A stretch of 64,000 nt of DNA from the NCBI GenBank assembly GCA_036785375.1, contig JAWMAR010000231.1, positions 3,534,001 through 3,598,000 on the forward strand, in the 5' to 3' direction. Source of the DNA: Leucoraja ocellata (Eukaryota). The notes beneath the pieces are model-generated. The model was not told where the DNA came from, did not search any database, and saw nothing but the letters and a program-made list of their open reading frames with translations. This document shows positions 10,931 through 22,233 of this stretch, one piece after another (the first letter of the stretch is position 1; the number at the start of each line of letters is the position of its first letter). The position numbers were made by a program, and so were the translations under genes.

Positions 10931-12313
10931 TTCAAGTTCAAGTTCAAGTGAGTTTATTGTCATGTGTCCCTGTATAGGACAATGAAATTCTTGCTTTGCT
11001 TCAGCACACAGAACATAGTAGGCATTTACTACAAAACAGATAAGTGTGTCCATATACCATGATATAAATATATACACACATAGAAACATAGAAACATAGA
11101 AATTAGGTGCAGGAGTAGGCCATTCGGCCCTTCGAGCCTGCACCGCCATTCAATATGATCATGGCTGATCATCCAACTCAGTATCCCGTACCTGCCTTCT
11201 CTCCATACCCCCTGATCCCCTTAGCCACAAGGGCCACATCTAACTCCCTCTTAAATATAGCCAATGAACTGGCCACAACTACCCTCTGTGGCAGAGAGTT
11301 CCAGAGATTCACCACTCTCTGTGTGAAAAAAGTTCTTCTCATCTCGGTTTTAAAGGATTTTCCCTTTATCCTTAAGCTGTGACCCCTTGTCCTGGACTTC
11401 CCTAACATCGGGAACAATCTTCCTGCATCTAGCCTGTCCAACCCCTTAAGAATTTTGTAAGTTTCTATAAGATCCCCTCTCAATCTTCTAAATTCTAGAG
11501 AGTATAAACCAAGTCTATCCAGTCTTTCTTCATAAGACAGTCCTGACATCCCAGGAATCAGTCTGGTGAACCGTCTCTGCACTCCCTCTATGGCAATAAT
11601 GTCCTTCCTCAGATTTGGAGACCAAAACTGTACGCAATACTCCAGGTGTGGTCTCACCAAGACTCTGTACAACTGCAGTAGAACCTCTCTGCTCCTATAC
11701 TCAAATCCTTTTGCAATGAAAGCTAACATACCATTCGCTTTCTTTACTGCCTGCTGCACCTGCATGCCTACCTTCAATGACTGGTGTACCATGACACCCA
11801 GGTCTCGCTGCATCTCCCCCTTTCCCAATCGGCCACCATTTAGATAATAGTCTGCTTTCCTGTTTTTGCCACCAAAATGGATAACCTCACATTTATCCAC
11901 ATTATACTGCATGAATAAATAAACTGATAAAGTTCAAATAACAGAAAATGGTTATTAATAATCAGAGTTTTGTCCGAGCCAGGTTTAATAGCCTGATGGC
12001 TGTGGGGAAGTAGCTATTCCTGAACCTGGTTGTTGCAGTCTTCAGGCTCCTGTACCTCCTACCTGAAGGTAGCAGGGAGATGAGTGTGAGGCCAGGATGG
12101 TGTGGGTCTTTGATGATACTGCCAGCCTTTTTGAGGCAGCGACTGCGATAAATCCCCTCGATGGAAGGAAGGTCAGAGCCGATGATGGACTGGGCAGTGT
12201 TTACTACTTTTTGTAGTCTTTTCCTCGCCAGGGCGCTCAAATTGCCGAACCAAGCCACGATGCAACCTGTCAGCATGCTCTCTACTGTGCACCTGTAGAA
12301 GTTAGAGAGAGTC
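10931..12313 (-). mobile_element. 5'-truncated Rex1/Babar LINE split by a younger CR1
   Basis: ORF 11962-12276 (GCIVAWFGN...LPSGRRYRSL...RFRNSYFP) is homologous to 35740-36222. The 3'UTR resumes at about 11078-10931 with AATAAA+(CTTGAA)n. Confidence 0.9.
11079..11912 (-). mobile_element. Young 5'-truncated CR1 LINE with uninterrupted ORF2 C-terminus (244 aa)
   Basis: ORF 11178-11912; near-identical to the copies at 28575-29405 and 57003-57809. Confidence 0.97.
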
Positions 12314-12315
12314 TT

Positions 12316-12830
12316 CTAGGGAGAGGGTGAGGGAAGTAGAGAGGGAGGGGTAGGGAGGTAGAGAGGGGGAGGGAGGGGGGTAGATATTGAGGGGTGAGGG
12401 GGCGCGCAGCAACACAAGGGAAGGCTGGTTCCCGAACGCAATACTCCACCATTCACCAATAAGTCCCAATAATCACCACTCCTGAGAGGGAGGGGGGTAG
12501 AGAGGGAGTGGTGGTAGAGAAGGAGGAGGGGGGGGGGGTGGGTTGAGAGCGAGGGAGGGCAGAGAGAGGGGGAGGGCAGAGAGAGGGGCGGGGTCAGAGA
12601 GGGAGGGTGGGGGCAGAGAGGGAGGGGGAGATCAGGGAGGGTGGGGGCAGAGAGGGAGGGGGCAGAGAGGGAGGGGGGCAGAGAGGGAGGGGGACAGAGA
12701 AGGAGGGTGCAGAGAGGGAGGGTGCAGAGAGGGAGGGGGTAGAGATGGAGGGGAGGGGAGAGAGGGAGGGTAGAGGGAGAGGGAGGGTGGGGACAGAGAG
12801 GGAGGGTGCAGAGAGCGAGGGAGGTAGAGA
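12316..12830 (+). repeat. G/A-rich low-complexity tract (degenerate GGGGCAGAGAGGGAGG units)
   Basis: Almost purely purine on the plus strand, with many G3+ runs. Confidence 0.9.
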
Positions 12831-13156
12831 CCCCACCCCATCTCCCTCCTCATTTCCCTCATCCTCCTCTCCGCACTCCTATTCCCTGCCGCAGCACCTA
12901 CCCAGGTAGTAGGCCCTGGCTCTATACTTCAGCCATCAGCTCTGCCGCCGCATGGTCTCCAGTCCAGACCCCGACTTCATCTCCGGGCTCCTCCCTGATC
13001 CCGGCTCGTCTTTGGTTCCACCAGTGGCTTTTTCTCGGTGCCGGTCCCAAGCCCCAAGCTCGGCCCTCATTCCAGCTCCAGGCTCTGGTCCAGCCCAGGC
13101 CCAGCCTCCGGGTTCGGCCTACAGCAGCAGCCCCCCCACCAGGCAGCGGGCGGGCG

Positions 13157-13400
13157 TCTTTTCTTTACTCAGAGAGTGGTAGCGGTGTGGAATGAGCTTC
13201 CAGTGGAAGTGGTGGAGGCAGGTTCATTGGTATAATTTAAAAATAAATTGGATAGGCATATGGATGAGAAGGGAATGGAGGGTTATGGTATGAGTGCAGG
13301 CAGGTGGGACTAAGGGAAAAAAGTTGTTCGGCACGGACTTGTAGGGCTGAGATGGCCTATTTCCGTGCTGTAATTGTTATATGGTTATATGGTTATATGG
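13157..13400 (+). mobile_element. HER1-like CR1 3' fragment
   Basis: Near-identical to the reverse complement of 3734-3970. Confidence 0.9.
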
Positions 13401-14104
13401 CGTCGACCCGAGTGAGGCTGCGGGCAGGCGTTGACCCAAGGACCCGACTTGCGAGTGGATTGATTTTTTTGTGGTTTGAGAATTGAGCACTTGAGTGCCC
13501 CTCCCGCGTGGAATGTCCAGTTCTGACGTCAGTCGGATTTTTTTTTGGTGGTTTGTGCTTGAGTGCCCCTCCTGTGTGGAGTGTCCCGTCGTGCCTTGCG
13601 AGTCGATGGTGACGACAGTCGGATTTTTTTTCTTCGAAATTAAAACTTTGAAAACTTTAATATTTTGAAGCTGTTTTTAAAAGGTTTTATAACTTCAGAA
13701 ATATAGGTTGAAATGCGACGGGAAGATATTTATCCGGTCGGCTGAAAAAATGTGAGAGGCATGTGTGAAAATGGGAAGGCTGTGGCCTAGCGTTTGGAAG
13801 AAGTTACAAATTAAGGAGATTAAAAGAAAGCCAACACAACCCTGCAAACACACAGACATTTAGAATGTGAAGAACAAAGTCCGCCTCCAAACCTATTGAA
13901 GCTCAGCCACCAAACATATGCAAATCAAGTACTGCAGCTTGATCAGTCAGGTGGGGGTGAACCTGGTGCTGGGCTGAAGGCAGGTGTAAGAGGCAGTTTT
14001 GTAGGTCAGGATAATGACTTGCATGCATCGTGAAACAAACAAAGGGCAGAAAATAAATGTCAAATTGAAACAGATTCTTTACCCATAGTGTCAAAAGGTT
14101 AAGA

Positions 14105-14463
14105 GTTTAAGAAGGAACTGCAGATGCTGGAAAATCGAAGGTACACAAAAATGCTGGAGAAACTCAGCGGGTGCAGCAGCATCTATGGAGCGAAGGAAGC
14201 GTCTGAAGAAGGGTTTCGGATCTAAACGTTGCCTATTTCCTTCGCTAAAAGGTGTGCCAAAAGGTTAGTTTTTCATTATAGGTCAGCCAACTAAAACAAT
14301 GGGCTTAGGCACAAAATGTCAGCATTGAGCACTGAAGCAGTTTGAAGGTCTCAACCCGAAACGTCACCTATTCCTTTTCTCCAGAGATGCTGCCTGATCG
14401 GCTGAGTTACTCCAGCATTTTGTGTCTATCTTCAGCGTAAACCAGCATCTGCGTTCCTTCCTA
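14105..14463. mobile_element. Two Penelope-like terminal-repeat (pLTR) relics, the first palindromic
   Basis: gaaggaactgcagatgctgg...ctgaagaagggtttcgg..aaacgttgcc, and cccgaaacgtcacctattcc...ccagcatctgc. Confidence 0.65.
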
Positions 14464-15021
14464 AAACAATGTGTTTGTTCGTCCTGCACAGACATTGTCT
14501 GTTTGGCTGAATGTTGACAGCATTTCCTGCTTTTATTGGAGCAGAATGGCCCAAGATGGCTGACTGGGCCCAGGTCATATCTCCCCTCATGGATCTGGCT
14601 CTCACTACACTTGTGTGGCCCGTCACATCACAGATGCTAGCTCCATGCAGATGACCAACCACAACCATTGAATGGCTTTGACAGTGAGTGAGGTCCTGCC
14701 TCCAGTTTATTCTCCCAAAATTCTCATCAACTCCTCCTTGATTATGCAATTCACTAGTGACAATTTAGTGGCCAACTAACCTTCCAGCCAGCAAGTCCTT
14801 TGGATATTGGGAAACCGGAGCACCCAGAGGAAAGTCAAACTATCACAGGCAGAGCGTGCAAACTCCACACAGTCAGGTCTCTGGGTCTGAGGCTCCACTA
14901 GTTACTAGCTGTGTCACTGTGCTGTTGTGCCATATGTAGTGGTTATTGAATTATTCAGGAATATTAAAAACCACTTGGAACTTGTTAAAAGACAAAATAA
15001 TATTAAAAAATTAAATTATTA

Positions 15022-15203
15022 ATAGAAACATAGAAACATAGAAAATAGGTGCAGGAGGAGGCCATTCGGCAGTTCGAGCCAGAACCGCCATTCATTGTGA
15101 TCATGGCTGAATCCCCAATCAATAACCCGTGCCTGCCTTCTCCCCATATCCCTTGATTCTATTAGCCTCTAGAGCTCTATCTAACTCCTTAGAGCTCTAT
15201 CTA
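15022..15203 (-). mobile_element. CR1 3'UTR fragment
   Basis: (AAACATAG)n followed by gtgcaggag..gccattcgg. Confidence 0.85.
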
Positions 15204-15388
15204 CAATGGAAGATAAATATCAAAAAACATAGAAACATATAAAAACATGTGAACATTGAAATTAAAAGTCAGATCTTAAATAAATAAAAAACATAATTCT
15301 GAACTTATCTTTCACCCTGCAGCAAACCTCTCCCCCATTCATCTGAATTGGGGAGTTTGGCGCATGTGTCAGGTTTCGCAAGTTGGTT

Positions 15389-15706
15389 GGCACGGTGGTG
15401 CAGTGATAGAGTTGCTGCCTTACAGCGCCAGAGACTCGGGTTTGATCCTGACTGGGTGTTTGTCTGTACGGAGTTTGTATGTTCTCCCCGTGACCTGCGT
15501 GGGTTTTCTCAGAGATCTTCAATTTCCTCCCACACTCCAAAGACTTATTGGTTTGTAGATTGATTGGCTTGGTATAATTGTAAATTGCCCCTAGTGTGTG
15601 TGTACGATAGTGTTAATGTGTGGGATCGCTGGTCGGCATGGACTCAGTGGACTGAAGGGCCTGTTTCTGCACTGTATCTCTAAACTAAACTAATCTAAAC
15701 TAAACT
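15389..15706 (+). mobile_element. HE1-type V-SINE, full length
   Basis: A/B-box-like head (gggtttgatcc), V-domain and (TAAAC)n tail. Confidence 0.9.
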
Positions 15707-15939
15707 GCAAACAGTGAAGCCTGAATTGTTTGGCTGCTCCACGTGCCAGGGTGGACAATGCTGTTGGCAGCTTAGAGACATGCCAACATTGGACATTGGG
15801 ACTTGTGTAAAGAGATATGGATAAGTCCCAGTTGTAACACTAGCATTGGATTGGAATTTTCTGCTCAGTAACTATTTCAACTGGTTTGGGAGTCTGGACG
15901 AGAAGTCATTATCCAGAATTAGACCTGTTCTTTCCTCTC

Positions 15940-16066
15940 ATGGAGTGATACAGTGTGGAAACAGGACCTTCGGCGCAACTTGCCCACACCGGCCAACATG
16001 TCCCAGCTACACGAGTCACAACCTGCCTGCATTTGGTCCATATCCCTCCAAACCTGTCCTATCCAT
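15940..16066 (-). mobile_element. HER1-like LINE 3' tail fragment
   Basis: gagtgatacagtgtggaaacagg..cttcgg matches the 48885 copy. Confidence 0.7.
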
Positions 16067-16534
16067 CCTCATAAACAGTAATTGATACTGAGTCAGTTGT
16101 TGGGTTTAAATCTAAAGCGAGTGGACCTTTTGTTAACCAAGACAGACACAAAAAGCTGGGATAACTCAGCGGAACAGGCAGCATCTCTGGAGAGAAGGAA
16201 TGGGTGACACAAAATGTATTCCCCTTCTTCAGACACCAAGTGTATTAATGGGGCAAAGAGTTAGATCCAAAACTGGTGCAGTTTCAGTGACAAGTAGAAC
16301 AGACAGGCAGACTAAATTCTTTTACAGATGCAATCTTACTGCTGTATTCGTAAATTACTAAAATTGTGCTTGTAACATAGAGTGTTATGGAGCAATCTGT
16401 AATAAATTTGCACAGTGTGACACATTGCTACATTACCAGAGGTCCCCAGTTTAATCTTGACCCCTGGTTCTGTCTGAGTGAAGTTTTCAACTTCTCCCTG
16501 AACTCTGGTTTCAGTCACATGCTTGATTGTTTAC

Positions 16535-16838
16535 ATTTTTAGAGATACAGCATGGAAACAGGCCCTTCGGCCCACCGGGTCCGCACCGACCAGCGATCCC
16601 TGCAAATTAACACTATCCTACACCCACACTAGGGACAATTTACACATACACCAAGCCAATTAACCTACATACCTGTATGTCTTTGGAGTGTGGGAGGAAA
16701 CCGAAGATCTCGGAGAAAACCTACACGGCCACGGGGAGAACATACAAACTCCGTACATACAGCACCTGTAGTTGGGATCGAACCTGGGTCTCAAGCGCTG
16801 TAAGGCAGCAATTCCACCGCTGAGTCACCATGACAGCC
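16535..16838 (-). mobile_element. HE1-type V-SINE, full length
   Basis: Intact B-box GGTTCGATCC on the minus strand near 16774-16785; V-domain; tail. Confidence 0.9.
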
Positions 16839-17227
16839 CGTGAAATGGAACTCTGTTTCCTCTGATGTAGGCAGGTAACAGGAGAATGGAGCGAGGAGTT
16901 CATGTGACTGTAAGAGGAAAATTGGTATTGGGTTAGGCAGGTGTTTGATGGTTGGCACAGACATGGTGGATGATTGATGTCGACAAGGGCATTGTGAATG
17001 TTTCATACATGGCATGGACATGGTAAATGTTTGACTGTTGGCTCAGACACGCTGGGGAGCTAACAATTGGCACAGACAAGGCAGGTAATTTATGGTTGGC
17101 ACATGCATGGTGGGTGATGGATGGTTGGCACAGGCCTCGGCACTGTGCGATGGTTGTTTTCATGCTTTACGTCGCAATATAATTGTCCACTGGAGTCAAT
17201 AAAGGTTCTAAAGAACCCTTACAATGA

Positions 17228-17508
17228 AAAAGGGGTAGGCCATTTAGAACAGAGATGAGGAAAAACTTTTTCACCCAGAGAGTTGCGTATCTGTAGAATT
17301 CTCTGCCTCAGAAGGCAGTGTAGGCCGATTCCCTGGATGCTTTCGTTAGAGTTAGATAGACCTCTTAAAGATAGCAGAGTCAAGGGATATGGGGAGATGG
17401 CAGGAACTGGGTACTGATTGTGGATGATCTGCCATGATCACAGTGAATGGCGTTGCTGGCTCGAAGGGCCGAATGGCCTACTCCTGCGTCTATTGCCTAT
17501 TGTCTATT
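17228..17508 (+). mobile_element. CR1 3' fragment
   Basis: Homologous to 9805-10075. Confidence 0.85.
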
Positions 17509-18149
17509 GATCTGACCCAAAACATCATCTATCTATTTCCTTTCAAAGATACTGCCTAACCTGCTGATTGTTTTTGGATCACGATTCCAGCATCTGCAGT
17601 TACTTGTGTCTCCATATATAATTTTTCACTTTGGAACTATTTCCCTCATCCAATAGCAATGCAAATCACAGTCATTGAGACGTCAAATTTAAAAATATCC
17701 GCAAAAATATAATACTGGAGAATGTTAATTCTTGAAATTCTTGAGATACAAGGAACTGTGAACACTAGTTTTCAATAATTGCTCCAGCACTTTGTTTAAA
17801 AAAAATCTTAATTCTTGATAGTTTTTATAAACTATGATTGGAATATTTAACAAAACAGCGTTTCATATAATTACAGAGCTGACCATCTATACCCATGTTC
17901 AGCTCAGTCAATGTTCCGACCTTAAATCTAGGCACAGTTTTTTTCCGCACTGCCATCAGACTCCTGAACTAATCAATATAGAAAAAGGGTCTTGACCTGA
18001 AACATCACCTATTCTTTTTCAGCAGAGATGCTGCCTGACCTGCTGAATGACTCCAGCTTTTGGTGTCTGTCTCCTGAAATAGTACTTTGCACAATCACCT
18101 CTTTCACACCCCATTGCCAGAGTTGCTACCACGTACTCTTACTCCAAAA

Positions 18150-18427
18150 GGGGCTGCCCCACTGTACGAGGTAATTCAAGAGCTCGCCCGAGTTTAAAAA
18201 AAAAATCAAATCTCGTGGTAAGCACGTAGAATATACGTAGCGGGTACGTCGGTGCTCGGGACGTCACTTAGCGGCTCGTAACACTAACGGCAGGTACTCG
18301 GGAAACGTGGTAAGCTCGTGAAGACGCGTGAAGATTTTTCAACATGTTGAAAAATGTCCACGAGAGCCCCGAGTATCTACGAGCGGCTATTACCGTAATT
18401 CTCCATTCGAATCAGGGGGGCAGTCCC
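18150..18427. mobile_element. PIF/Harbinger-type MITE with degenerate TIRs
   Basis: Left ggggctgccccact and right agggggggcagtccc are imperfect inverted repeats. The body is CpG-rich, with an internal palindrome tttttcaacatgttgaaaaa. Confidence 0.65.
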
Positions 18428-18964
18428 TTCACTCTACCTTGTTCAGTTATTCCATTATTGTAATTTAATGTTTATTTTACATTGCATCAGATTGGACTAC
18501 AATCTTGCTCTATGCTGCCGTTTTGTAGTTGCATTTATTGTTGCATTTTATCTTTACTGTATGTCTACTGTTTTATTCCATGAGCAATTAAGGAACTTAA
18601 TTGAACCCGGGTGTAAATGACAATAAGTAAATCTGAATCCTGAATCCACACCATTGTAGCTGTGCTCTTTTTGTTACTTCCGTTGACATTTGCGGCCGTT
18701 CTGGTATCAAAGTCTGATTCCAGTTTCAGTTTTGAGATGCTAGATCTTTGGACATATTCCGTGTTACGTTTATCATTTAACCCTTTCTAATCAATTTTTA
18801 CAAAAATGATCCAGAAACTTATGAAATTAGTAATACAATTTTTTTGCTGAAATGGCATTAAGGATAATTTTCCCTCACAGAAGCTTAACATTAGTTCTCT
18901 GAAGACAATATGAATTTGAATTCTAAAATGCTACATAAATGGAACAGGGACTTGTCATATTAAG

Positions 18965-19435
18965 GTGTCAAAAGGTATAGAAGTATGAAAACGCACACCT
19001 CCAGATTCAGGGACAGTTTCTTCCCAGCTGTTATCAGGCAACTGAATCATCCTACCACAACTAGAGAGCAGTACTGAACAACTATCTACCTCATTGCTGA
19101 TCCTCCGACTATCCTTGAATGGACTTTGCTGGCATTACTTTGCACTAAACTTTATCCCCTTATCTGTAAATGGATCAATTGGAATCATGTATTGTCTTTC
19201 TGCTGACTGGATAGCACGCAACAAAAGATTTTCACTGTACCTCGCTACACGTTTTGGGGATCATGACAAAAGCCTCCTCGTGGAGATCCCTGGAAGCGGC
19301 GACGCAATTCACTCTGTGATGCATCGGGCGACAATTCTGTCAACATGTTGGACGACGACAGAGGCCAACAACAAGCTACATCATCTGACACACTAGCGAA
19401 CGAACGAACGGTACATGTGACAATAAACTAAACTG
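18965..19435 (+). mobile_element. Rex1-type 3' fragment containing a 166-bp insertion
   Basis: aggtatagaagt..agattcagggacagtttcttccc (RYRS...RFRDSFFP). The tail ttttcactgtacctcg/gtacatgtgacaataaactaaac is uninterrupted in the copy at 45291-45330. Confidence 0.75.
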
Positions 19436-19559
19436 GACAATGCAGCTTCATGTCGTTAAAAGTTTAAAACAATGAAAGTTGTTGGTACTATAGCATCAGC
19501 TAAGTAGAAAGATTGATGATGGTTAGTAATTCCGTTGTCCTTTAAAAAAATAATTTGTG

Positions 19560-21327
19560 AAGAATTATATAAATACTTTTCTATGTGAAGCCAAATGTAG
19601 GCCCCTTGCAGTAAGAAACAGGTGAATTGATCATGGGGAACAAGGACATGGCGGACCAATTGAATAACTACTTTGGTTCCGTCTTCACCAAGGAAGACAT
19701 AAATAATCTGCCGGAAATAGCAGGGGACCGCGGGTCAAATGAGATGGAGGAACTGAGTGAAATCCAGGTTAGCCGGGAAGTGGTGTTAGGTAAATTGAAT
19801 GGATTAAAGGCCGATAAATCCCCTGGGCCAGATAGGCTGCATCCCAGAGTACTTAAGGAAGTAGCTCCAGAAATAGTGGATGCATTAGTGATAATATTTC
19901 AAAACTCTTTAGTTTCTGTAGTAGTTCCTGAGGATTGGAGGGTAGCTAATGTAACCCCACTTTTTAAAAAGGGAGGGAGAGAGAAAACGGGGAATTACAG
20001 ACCAGTTTGTCTAACATCGGTAGTGGGGAAACTGCTAGAGTCAGTTATTAAAGATGGGATAGCAGCACATTTGGAAAGTGGACAAAGTCAGCATGGATTT
20101 ACGAAAGGTAAATCATGTCTGACGAATCTTATAGGATTTTTCGAGGATGTAACTAGTAGAATGGATAGGGGAGAACCAGTGGATGTGTTATATCTGGACT
20201 TTCAAAAGGCTTTCGACAAGGTCCCACATAAGAGATTAGTATACAAACTTAAAGCACGCGGTATTGGGGGTTCAGTATTGATGTGGATAGAGAACTGGCT
20301 GGCAAACAGGAAGCAAAGAGTAGGAGTAAACGGGTCCTTTTCAGAATGACAGGCAGTGACTAGTGGGGTACCGCAAGGCTCAGTGCTGGGACCCCAGCTA
20401 TTTACAATATATATTAATGATTTGGACGAGGGAATTGAATGCAACATCTCCAAGTTTGCGGATGACACGAAGTTGTGGGGCAGTGTTAGCTGTGAGGAGG
20501 ATGCTAGGAGGCCGCAAGGTGACTTGGATAGGCTGGGTGAGTGGGCAAATGCATGGCAGATGCAGTATAATGTGGATACATGTGAGGTTATCCACTTTGG
20601 TGGCAAAAACAGGAAAGCAGACTATTATCTAAATGGTGGCCGATTAGGAAAAGGGGAGATGCAATGAGACCTGGGTGTCATGGTACACCAGTCATTAAAA
20701 GTAGGCATGCAGGTGCAGCAGGCAGTAAATAAAGCGAATGGTATGTTAGCATTCATAGCAAAAGGATTTGAGTATAGGAGCAGGGAGGTTCTACTGCAGT
20801 TGCACAGGGTCTTGGTGAGACCACACCTGAAGTATTGCGTACAGTTTTGGTTTCCAAATCTGAGGAAGGACATTATTGCCATAGAGGGAGTACAGAGAAG
20901 GTTCACCAGACTGTTTCAGGACTTTCTTATGAAGGAAGACTGGATAGACTCGGATTGTACGCGCTAGAATTTAGGAGATTGAGGGGGGATCTTATAGAAA
21001 CTTACAAAATTCTTAAGGGATTGGACAGGCCAGATGCAGGAAGATGTTGGGGAAGTCCAGGACAAGGGGTCACAGCTTAAGGATAAAGGGGAAATCCTTT
21101 AGGACCGAGATGAGAAAAACATTTTTCACGCAGAGAGTGGTGAATCTCTGGAACTCTCTGCCACAGAAGGTAGTTGAGGCCAGTTCATTGGCTATATTTA
21201 AGAGGGAGTTAGATGTGGCCCTTGTGGCTAGAGGGATCAGGAGGTATGGAGAAAAGGCAGGTACGGGATACTGAGTTGGATGATCAGCCATGATCATATT
21301 GAATGGTGGTGCAGGCTCGAAGGGCCA

Positions 21328-21363
<36 letters not shown>

Positions 21364-22015
21364 TTTATTTGTTAAGCACCTTAAAAACAACCAAAGCTGA
21401 CCAAAATGCTGTACAGAAAAAAGAAAACAAGCAAGACATCATAAAACAGGCAGAACAACAGAACATCCAACTAACACGAGGCGCATAAATTACATACAAA
21501 AATCCAAACAATAAATTAAAAAAACATAAAACACGAGTACGAACAACGCAGCAAAACCAAGCAAATAAAGTAAATAAACAATTCAACACCTCACTGGTCT
21601 ACAAAGGCCATGGAGAATAGATATGTCTTCAGGAGTGACTTAAAAACAGCTAGAGAAGGGGCCTGTTTAACGTGCAGAGGCAATTCATTCCACAATCTCG
21701 GAGCCGACACAGCAAAGGCACGGTCCCCTCTGAGCTTCCGCTTAGTCTTTGGCTCAATCAGGAGCAGCTGATCATCTGACCTGAGAGAGCGGGAGGGTGA
21801 ATAAGGGTGAAGAAACTCAGATAGGTAGGACGGGGCAAGACCACTTAGGGATTTAAAAGTAAATAAAATAATTTTAAAACGAATCCTATACTGAATAGGC
21901 AGCCAGTGGAGAGAGGCCAAAAGGTGGGTGTGAAACATGATCATGCTTTCGTGTGCCAGTCAAGAGACGAACAGCTGCAAATGGCTTACTCCTGCACCTA
22001 TTTTCTATGTTTCTA
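19560..22015 (+). mobile_element. 5'-truncated CR1 LINE with disrupted RT; 3'UTR interrupted by an L2
   Basis: ORF pieces 19627-21274 carry YLDFQKAFDKV, GVPQGSVLGP and FADD, with several stops and deletions. The 3'UTR resumes at about 21978. Confidence 0.95.
21331..21977 (-). mobile_element. 5'-truncated L2-clade LINE with (TTA)n tail
   Basis: ORF 21591-21944 LASLHWLPIQYRIRFKIILFTFKSL.GLAPSYL...RSLRS...GDRAFAVSAPRLWNELP is a typical L2 ORF2 C-terminus. CAAAT is present on both sides. Confidence 0.9.
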
Positions 22016-22199
22016 AGTTCCATCAATAAATCTTTACCACCAGGACAGAACCACCACCTGCAGATTCCCCTCCAATTTGCATTCCATCCTGACTTACAAA
22101 TACTTTGCTGTTCCTTCACTGTTGCTGGGTCTAAATCCTGAAACTCCCTTCCCGACAAGTATATGCAGGTACCTTCAGCAGTAGGATCGTGGCATTTCA

Positions 22200-22233
22200 G
22201 GTCTGAGGAAGGGTCTCAACCTGAAACGTCACC
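22200..22233 (+). ncRNA. Minimal type I hammerhead-ribozyme-like motif in a Penelope pLTR relic (relic extends to ~22332)
   Basis: GGU-CUGAGGA-A-GGGU(CUCA)ACCU-GAAAC-GUC-ACC: both core boxes, a 4-bp stem II, palindromic ACGU stem III and a 3-bp stem I. Confidence 0.55.

Noticed and set aside
12543-13235. Gly/Arg/Glu- and Pro/Ser-rich ORFs
   Set aside because: These are translations of a low-complexity tract that lacks stop codons.
16770-16838. tRNA gene
   Set aside because: The A/B boxes belong to a SINE head that continues into the V-domain; there is no complete cloverleaf.
16920-17155. Degenerate GATGGTTGGCACA repeats as a functional array
   Set aside because: Spacing is irregular and divergence is high; an old minisatellite or repeat relic is the simpler reading.
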